This document shows, in pieces, positions 36,549 to 45,122 of a DNA stretch of 45,122 nucleotides. Made by a program: the position numbers and the translations under genes. Source of the DNA: Octopus bimaculoides (taxonomy: Eukaryota). The notes below the pieces were generated by a model. The model did no database searches and was not told the DNA's origin. It worked only from the letters and a program-made list of their open reading frames with translations. Position 1 is the stretch's first letter. Each line of letters starts with the position of its first letter. Location of the stretch: the NCBI RefSeq assembly GCF_001194135.2, contig NC_068984.1, positions 50,402,471-50,447,592 of the forward strand, written 5' to 3'.

Positions 36549-36770
36549 CGGTAGGCGGCATTGACAAGTCACAACAATGAAACATTGATGACTGTCACTC
36601 CGAAAAAAAAGAGATTTAGTGTGAGCTATCTCACATGGCTATGATTTGCTTTCGGGTGTTTTTAAACGAAGGGCATTGAGATTATATTCTCTTGTATCTA
36701 TAAAATGCAGCCGCATCGTGCATGTGTGTTTGACTTCGTTTCTGTTCCTCGAGTCACTTCTAATTCATAT
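36549..36770 (-). mobile_element. Same TIR element, copy 2, inverted and one-ended
   Basis: Reverse complement aligns with 36140-36374 (GAGAATATAAT.TCAATGCCCTT...CGGAGTGA...TTGTGACTTGTC.ATGCCGC.TACCG). Confidence 0.7.
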
Positions 36771-37050
36771 AATGGTATGCTTTGGCGGATAATGTGAATG
36801 TTTCTGGATTTCCTGGGTTGTGTGTGTAATTAAAAATAGAGTCTTCGGTGTATCTGAACTGTTCTTGGCTTTTCGTAATTCTTCATATCTATTGCTTTGA
36901 CGATTTCCACTCCATTTTGTATAAGGGTAGAATGGTATTTTCTTTCAAGTAGTGCATTTTAAATCTAGGATCCTTTTATTCTGAATTTCCGGAATAGAGT
37001 CAACTGTCTCGATTCTTCTAGTTAGGTCAAATGGAATATTTGACATAACT
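36771..37050 (-). mobile_element. Neptune-type PLE thumb/linker fragment
   Basis: SNIPFDLTRRIETVDSIPEIQNKRILDLK...EELRKAK...IIRQSIPL. Confidence 0.8.
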
Positions 37051-37082
37051 AGAAGGTTCAGCTCTAAAAACATGCCAAAACA

Positions 37083-37240
37083 ATGTATGGTATCAACTTC
37101 AAAAAATATCTGGTGAGTAACTGGAAACGATATGTAAATGACTGCTTCATTCTGTAAACATACAAATCCGATGAAATCAATGATTGCAAATCGCCTATTC
37201 AGTGACCTCAATAGCAGTATTCACTTTGCAATGGAAGGTG
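37083..37240 (+). mobile_element. Neptune-type PLE RT catalytic fragment
   Basis: YLVSNWKRYVNDCFIL*...LNSSIHFAME. Confidence 0.8.
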
Positions 37241-37870
37241 CACCCTGTTAATGAACTTCAAACAATTCGCAGCAGACAGTCCAGATATACCGCCCACAGA
37301 CAAGTGCAGGTTATTTAAATGCTGCTACCCGTATAAACTGCAGCCCACCCATGTTGGTAATCCAGCCTTAGTTGTAACCCAGCACCATCAAATTTGCTTA
37401 CTCCTACGTGAAGATTGTCGCCGCCTATGGGTTAATACTCACTGAACCATGGAGCTACGGACTCTCGCCAATATTCCACCCTGTCATTTGCAGTACCCAA
37501 TGCAAGGAACTAATATCTCTGATTACACTAAACATACACCTGTAGCCAAGTGATGCCAGCATCCTGTTGGAGCACTTGGGCCTAGAGGAAAAGAAGAATA
37601 CTGGTTTCGTTTTCCCAGCATTAACACCACGTGACCTGAGCTAATCAATAGAAGCTTATTACCTAGAAGCTTCTCCAAATGTCTGATAAGATAGATGTGA
37701 ACAACGGACCCACAAAACTTTAAGTCATTTGGAGCCTCACTATTATTAAAACATTTATGTAACTTATACCAAAGCGCCACTTTCTTGCCTTTGTCTACTC
37801 ATTCGTCTATGATATTGTTGTAGCTGAGAGAGCCGGTAATTCGATTATTAAGAAAGGGATAATTTTGACC

Positions 37871-38085
37871 CTTATACGGTGGGCTAGTCATGTTGTCATG
37901 ATGGAAGACAGAAGCCCAGACAAATATTTTATGGGGAGCTGACCACAGGGCATTTCTACTGAAAAGAGAAATAAGTCATATCTCTGAACGCTGCTGCAGA
38001 ACAAAAGCTGACTGAAAAGCCACTACACATTCGTGCACATAGTCGTGCAATGGTTAATGAAGAGATGGAACTTCTGGGAAGAAGT
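37871..38085 (+). mobile_element. RTE LINE 3' fragment, old
   Basis: LIRWASHVVMMED / PRQIFYGELTTG. Confidence 0.7.
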
Positions 38086-38086
38086 C

Positions 38087-38087
<1 letters not shown>

Positions 38088-38124
<37 letters not shown>

Positions 38125-38483
38125 TACATACATATATGTATATATATACATATATGTATGTATATATAATGTGTAGTGTTATCGAAATGAGCAGAAAACG
38201 ACCCTGAAGGTGGTGTTTCTGCTACTTTATATGATATACAAACACTAACACACACACACATATATACACACATATATAATCATATGTGTGTGTGTAAATA
38301 TGTGGGGGGGGGAGTTTCTGCGTCTGTTCAAGCGACGGTGTGGTCTTCACCATTGAATACCACCATGCGTGTAACTTATAATGTCTTCAACAAAATGTAG
38401 ACCAATGGGTTCGTGTGTTAACACTGTCATAAGCGCCCACACACACTACACTCGCATGCATATATATGAGTGTGTGTGTGTGC

Positions 38484-38548
<65 letters not shown>

Positions 38549-38660
38549 TGCATATACATATATATGCATATACATATATATGCATATATACATATATATA
38601 TATATATATGCATATAAATTTGTGCTTATACATGTATGCATGCGTGTGTATGATTCCCTA
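38088..38660. repeat. (TA)n/(TACA)/(TG) low-complexity fields
   Basis: Direct reading; not continuous (unique spacer ~38170-38440). Confidence 0.85.
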
Positions 38661-38978
38661 AGAAACAGTAGCTTTATGATTTGATATCGTGCAATATATA
38701 CTTCTCATTTATCTTATTTTGCAATCTGCTGAATTCTTTAGCGCAAAGAAGAACAATGGTTTCAATTTTAAAATATAAAAACAATTCATCAGCATTTCAC
38801 ATCATTTATATTTTGCTTGTGAAGTCAAGCGTTTCGCAGGATTAAGGACGCAAATTCTCACCATTATGAAATGTCATCCTGTTATTGTTTGACACCAATG
38901 TATGTTTTTCTTTTCTTACATGTTTTTGCTATTTTTGACATACAGACGTCTTTTTCAGTCCTTTTCTTTATATATATC

Positions 38979-39012
<34 letters not shown>

Positions 39013-39019
39013 TACACAT

Positions 39020-39053
<34 letters not shown>

Positions 39054-41110
39054 TCATTTTGTATTTTGTCCTGTACACAATGTACAGGACATCATATATT
39101 TGTGTGTATGTGTGTATATANNNNNNNNNNNNNNNNNNNNNNNNNNNNNNNNNNNNNNNNNNNNNNNNNNNNNNNNNNNNNNNNNNNNNNNNNNNNNNNN
39201 NNNNNNNNNNNNNNNNNNNNNNNNNNNNNNNNNNNNNNNNNNNNNNNNNNNNNNNNNNNNNNNNNNNNNNNNNNNNNNNNNNNNNNNNNNNNNNNNNNNN
39301 NNNNNNNNNNNNNNNNNNNNNNNNNNNNNNNNNNNNNNNNNNNNNNNNNNNNNNNNNNNNNNNNNNNNNNNNNNNNNNNNNNNNNNNNNNNNNNNNNNNN
39401 NNNNNNNNNNNNNNNNNNNNNNNNNNNNNNNNNNNNNNNNNNNNNNNNNNNNNNNNNNNNNNNNNNNNNNNNNNNNNNNNNNNNNNNNNNNNNNNNNNNN
39501 NNNNNNNNNNNNNNNNNNNNNNNNNNNNNNNNNNNNNNNNNNNNNNNNNNNNNNNNNNNNNNNNNNNNNNNNNNNNNNNNNNNNNNNNNNNNNNNNNNNN
39601 NNNNNNNNNNNNNNNNNNNNNNNNNNNNNNNNNNNNNNNNNNNNNNNNNNNAAGATGAAACTGTTCTCATTATAACTGAACATAAAACAAACATTACCAT
39701 ATATATATGTAAGTGTGTGTGTGCGTGTGTGTGTGTGTGTGCGTGTGTGTGTGTGTGTGCGTGTGTGTGTGCGTGTGTGTGTACGTGCTCGTGCGTGCGC
39801 ATGCGCGCGCACGAGCACATCGAGCCTGACACACAGAACAACCATTCATTTTTCTTCCTCTGTCATTCACTTACGGTCCATTCTTCTTACTTTGCTTTTC
39901 TTATCTAAATTAAAAGACCATATGGAAACACTCCTATCCCATTCGATAAGACGCATTATAATGTACAAAATGCACTGTGCAGTTTGTAGACTCTTCATAA
40001 CTAATAACTAAATAAATAAGAATGAAGTCTGCAAAGATCATCTTTCTTTGCTTCCATTATTGTGTTGCTGACTTGAAGACATGAAAATATATATGACAAA
40101 ATGGAAAATCGGATGAGTGGTGGGGGAGAGGGATTTCATTTGTTATTATTTGGCGTCTGTCTGTTATGTTATGTTTTTTTTTACATGTTTCTCTTTTTTT
40201 TATGTGTGTGTTTTACTTTTTTATAATTTATATTAGTTGCCATCATAGAGAATGGACGCCGCTATATCTTTCAGATTTTTCTTAAATCTTATGATTAAGA
40301 CATAATGTCTATAGCTGCTGTTTCTTTATGATGTGTGGATATGCAGACATATTGTAATAGATACACATAACTACATGCATACACAGGTACACAAACACAC
40401 ACTCACACACATACATGCAGACGCAAGTGTATGTATGTGTGTGTGAGTGTATGTTTGCGTATATATATCTGTATGGATGTATGTATGTATGTATGTATGT
40501 ATGTATGCATGCCTATATGTATGTATAATGCAAAAATATACGTGTATTGTTTTAAATTCGCAAGCTTAGATAAAATAGTATATAGACATGAAATGACACA
40601 CATACTAACACATATAAGTGCAGATGCACACCCATTACAGAAACAAAGGTGGCAGAGAGCAGATTGATGAAAGGAAGGTGGGGTGAAAATTGTTGGTTTT
40701 AATTGTGTGCCATATATGTGTACGGATATATTTGTACTTGTGACGTGTTGTGACGTCCATTAGTGAAAGGGACCACATCTTCAAGACAACACCACTGTTG
40801 TGTTATTAGCACTGACACCGAGGGAGTTATTATTACTACTGCTAATACCATTATTATTAATAACCACAGTGCAATTGCGTCTAATACTGCAGCTACAGAA
40901 AGTTGTTTAATGTTATAGAGACTGAGCTACCATTACCAGCATCCCTGCATATGCCAGAGTTTTGAAAATTTTCAGCTGATTTTTTATATAACACTTGGTG
41001 AATAAATTATGATTCGGTATGGAACTTACCTAATTCCATGATGTAACAATAATAATAACAAAAAACAGAATAATAATAAACAAAAAACAAATTTTAAAAA
41101 AAACAACAAC

Positions 41111-41167
<57 letters not shown>
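41111..41167. repeat. (AAT)n microsatellite
   Basis: Direct reading. Confidence 0.97.
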
Positions 41168-41168
<1 letters not shown>

Positions 41169-41174
41169 GCAACA

Positions 41175-41500
41175 ACAACATTTAGCAGAGATGAATAAAC
41201 AAATATGGCACTTGTCAAATATGACAAGACTATTATGTAAAACGGTAAATTAGCTGAAACTGAAAACCTTAAATTAAGAGAAACATCAAAATAACAGAAT
41301 GAGACCAGAACCACCCTTACAAGCACACGGAGCCGAATAAAGCTCACAACATACAATACATAGAAATGGCGGGAAAAATCATAAAATATATAACAGAAAT
41401 TCCAACACTAACATGTCAATTTTGCCTATAACTTGGTAGATTGAAAACAATTATAAACAGCCTTAATTGATTTTCGACCCTTATTGAGGTTACATCAAAA
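41175..41500 (+). mobile_element. Highly decayed R4/Dong-type RT C-terminal fragment
   Basis: TFSRDE*TNMALVKYDKTIM*NGKLAETENLKL resembles TFSDDIGMEFGLDKCAK...GKL. Confidence 0.5.
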
Positions 41501-41661
41501 GTGTCTACATCACTTGAACAATCCAAGAGAACTGAGTAGCCATTCTGTTTATATATACATATCAAATCTAGTAGCTACTTGTAACTAGAGAGACTGATTT
41601 ATATACCATTAGTGTTTTTTCTTTACTACATATGCCATTCCTGGGATAAATTACATCTTTA

Positions 41662-43355
41662 GGACTCAAAGCAGAGACCGAAGGATATTTAATTGCAGCA
41701 CAAGACCAAATCCTCCACACCAGAAATTACCAAAAACACATAATGAAAAGAAACAAGAAGTAACTGCAGAATATGTGGAGATGGACAAGAAACAATAAAT
41801 CATATTATCTCTGGCTGCCCAGTCCTGGCTAAGAAGGAATATATTCACAGACACGACAGAGCTGGGACCTATATACACTGGAAGCTATGCCAACACTATG
41901 GAATAACAACGGAAAAAAGATGGTATAAACACACGCCAGAAAAGGTCACAGAAAACGAGAAAGCAACCATACTCTGGGATATGCCAATACACACAGATAG
42001 AGAAATTAAGGCAAATAGACCAGATATAGTTGTCAAAGATCATGAATAAAAGGGAAGCTAATACACGAGCAAAACAAAAAACTGTTTTCAGTATTTAAGG
42101 AAGCTGACAAATACAAACAAGAAATCAATTTACCTAACGAAGAAGAAGAAGAAGAAGAAGAAGAAGAAGAAGAAGAAGAAGAAGAAGAAGAAGAAGAAGA
42201 AGAANNNNNNNNNNNNNNNNNNNNNNNNNNNNNNNNNNNNNNNNNNNNNNNNNNNNNNNNNNNNNNNNNNNNNNNNNNNNNNNNNNNNNNNNNNNNNNNN
42301 NNNNNNNNNNNNNNNNNNNNNNNNNNNNNNNNNNNNNNNNNNNNNNNNNNNNNNNNNNNNNNNNNNNNNNNNNNNNNNNNNNNNNNNNNNNNNNNNNNNN
42401 NNNNNNNNNNNNNNNNNNNNNNNNNNNNNNNNNNNNNNNNNNNNNNNNNNNNNNNNNNNNNNNNNNNNNNNNNNNNNNNNNNNNNNNNNNNNNNNNNNNN
42501 NNNNNNNNNNNNNNNNNNNNNNNNNNNNNNNNNNNNNNNNNNNNNNNNNNNNNNNNNNNNNNNNNNNNNNNNNNNNNNNNNNNNNNNNNNNNNNNNNNNN
42601 NNNNNNNNNNNNNNNNNNNNNNNNNNNNNNNNNNNNNNNNNNNNNNNNNNNNNNNNNNNNNNNNNNNNNNNNNNNNNNNNNNNNNNNNNNNNNNNNNNNN
42701 NNNNNNNNNNNNNNNNNNNNNNNNNNNNNNNNNNNNNNNNNNNNNNNNNNNNNNNNNNNNNNNNNNNNNNNNNNNNNNNNNNNNNNNNNNNNNNNNNNNN
42801 NNNNNNNNNNNNNNNNNNNNNNNNNNNNNNNNNNNNNNNNNNNNNNNNNNNNNNNNNNNNNNNNNNNNNNNNNNNNNNNNNNNNNNNNNNNNNNNNNNNN
42901 NNNNNNNNNNNNNNNNNNNNNNNNNNNNNNNNNNNNNNNNNNNNNNNNNNNNNNNNNNNNNNNNNNNNNNNNNNNNNNNNNNNNNNNNNNNNNNNNNNNN
43001 NNNNNNNNNNNNNNNNNNNNNNNNNNNNNNNNNNNNNNNNNNNNNNNNNNGAAATAGAGATAACTCGAATGTGGAGTCTAAAAACAGAAACAATTCCTAT
43101 CATAGTAGGTGCCTTAGGTATAATAAAAAAAATATTCAGACAAATACATAACAAAAACACCAGGACTTACAAATATATATAACATACAGAAAATTGCACT
43201 ACTGGGTACAGCACACATTCTACGCAAAACACTTTCAATACAGTAAACATAAGAGCACCACAGCACATACCCAAGGCACACAGAGCTGCGCTCGGTAGTG
43301 AAGTGAAAGCACGTTATAAAAATAAAACTACTGAACAATAATAATAATAATAATA
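41662..43355 (+). mobile_element. R4/Dong-type LINE: CCHC knuckle, RLE and 3' UTR with (TAA)n tail; spans a gap
   Basis: GLKAETEGYLIAAQDQ...CRICGDGQETINHIISGCPVLAKKEYIHRHD...ILWDMPIHTDREIKANRPDIVVKDHE; after the gap EITRMWSLKTETIPIIVGALG...KIALLGTAHILRKTLSIQ*. Confidence 0.95.
42139..42204. repeat. (GAA)n microsatellite running into a gap
   Basis: Direct reading. Confidence 0.97.
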
Positions 43356-43669
43356 AAATTTTTACCGCTAATGTTTACAAAACTTTTAGTGGGTAGTATT
43401 CATGACACAAAAATAAATTATGCACATGTGCAGATGTGACTGAATTCGATTACATATAGTATTACGAGATACATTCCAAAAACTAAATTTTGATACTCCT
43501 TTTTAAAAGCGGCAGTTATAACTGCCCTCTCTTATTGTAATTTTAGAATATAATTACTATATGTTTAATTAGCTGACTTGCCAACTTTTGTTATTCTATA
43601 TCAGAGGAGGCAGTTGTAATAGTACTCAACCTATTAAACATAACTTGCTTCAGCATGCAGTCTGCATGT

Positions 43670-44354
43670 TTTGAACCTTGCCATGCAATAAAAGTTTGTG
43701 TTAAATAGGGCCAAAACGCATCAGAAACTTGTGAAATGCCCCAAACGGTTCATGGATTAAATCTTTCGCTTGCACAAGAGATTCAAGGACGTTAGACAGG
43801 AGGTGAGAGAGGATTAGACGTGTGAAAGGGAGAGGAACGTCAAAACATGAGAGCTGGTTGAGAAAATTTGCAATTTTCTGGATGAGAACCGTTGTGTGTC
43901 TATAAAGCCAAAAAGCATATTGTTTGGAGTTGGTGTGGCAACTGTAAGCAGAATTAATCATGAAGATTTGATCATGCGCAATATTTGTGTAAAATTTGTT
44001 TCCAAGATACTTAGTCACGTGCATATTGGTAACCGACTAAACGACAGAGATCTGCATCAGAACTGACCTTCACATTCCCTACAGTCTAGATCTTGCTACC
44101 TTTGACTATAGGTTGTCCACCAAGCTGAAGGAAATCTTCAGAGGCAGTCGTTTTGAAGATGAAGGACGCCGCAACAAGAGTACTGGAGCCGTTCACTTTG
44201 GCTGACTTCCATGCAGCCTTCACGAAATGGCTGAAACGTTCCAACAAGTGCACTAGAGTCAGAGGATCCTACTTTGAAGCAAATTAAAGTTTTGTAATTC
44301 TTTGGAATTAATGTTTTTCCTTAAAAACTCTGAAAAACTCTGGAATACACCTTG
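43670..44354 (+). mobile_element. mariner transposon, internally deleted, with right TIR
   Basis: HAIKVCVK*GQNASET...HEDLIMRNICVKFVSKIL, then PYSLDLATFDY...KLKE...FTKWLKRSNKCTRVRGSYFEAN*. The end ...GGAATACACCTTG is followed by TA. Confidence 0.92.
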
Positions 44355-44479
44355 TATGTATGACTCAATTTATGTGTGTATGAATGTATATAAGCATAAT
44401 GTATGTGTGTCTATGTATATATGTATGTATATATGCATGTATGTGTGTGTGTATGTATATATGTATGTATATATTCTAT

Positions 44480-44882
44480 TTATTCTTTTTTTACATGTTC
44501 CAGTCATTTGATTGTGGCCATGCTGAAAGCACCACCTAAAGTTAGTCGAAGAAATCGACCCCTGGACTTATTCTTTTTAAGCTTAGTACTTATTCTATCG
44601 TTCTTTTTTGCTGAACCGCTACTTAAGGGGTGTAAGCACACCGGCATCGGTTGTCAAGCGATGGCGGGGGTACCGACACAAACACACACACACACACACA
44701 ATTATATACATATATATATATACGACGGGCTTCTTCCAGTTTCCGTCTATTCCAAATCCACTCACAAGGCTTTGGTCGGCCCAAGGCTATAGCCGAAGAC
44801 ATTTGCGCAAGGTGTCATGCAGCGGGACTGAACCCGGAACCATGTGGTTGGGAAGCAAGCTTCTTACCACACAGCCACGCCT
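44480..44882 (-). mobile_element. SINE family A, near full length, with internal microsatellite
   Basis: tRNA-like head at 44882-44820, conserved core, internal (TA)/(TG) tract ~44675-44722, and a 3' half ending in an A-rich tail. Confidence 0.92.
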
Positions 44883-45090
44883 ATGTATACACGTATGTAT
44901 ATTTGTATGTATGTATGTATGTATGCGCGTATGTAGGTGGATATTTATGCATATGTTGTCCGTCATTCGCAAACATTGCAGATCATCTCCTGTGAGACGC
45001 ACAAACACACTCACACACATATATATAGACGTATGTATATGTATATATAGATGTATATATAGATGTATGTATATGTATGTATGTATGTGC

Positions 45091-45122
<32 letters not shown>

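Noticed and set aside
40237-40300. AG after a long T-rich tract, followed by AIIENGRRYIFQIFLKSYD*
   Set aside because: No donor before the stop and no recognisable protein.

Overview
Eukaryotic, AT-rich, extremely repeat-dense sequence with nine N-gaps, most of them abutting microsatellites. The SINE families, microsatellite load and retroelement mix look like an octopus or other coleoid genome (inference from recalled repeat sequences, not a search). I find no intact host gene, RNA gene, CRISPR array or prokaryotic system. Most ORFs in the supplied track are microsatellite or gap artefacts. The rest are decayed mobile elements: Penelope-like elements (PLEs) of about three lineages, RTE, L1/Tx1 and R4/Dong-type (RLE) LINEs, Tc1 and mariner transposases, a Helitron helicase fragment, TIR MITEs and three tRNA-derived SINE families. 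The most notable structures are: a head-to-head PLE pair sharing ~310-bp inverted arms, with RT on one arm and GIY-YIG on the other; a neighbouring hammerhead-like motif; several other fold-back structures; a SINE carrying an internal microsatellite; and one 90-nt segment with strong splice signals. I see no convincing new biological system.
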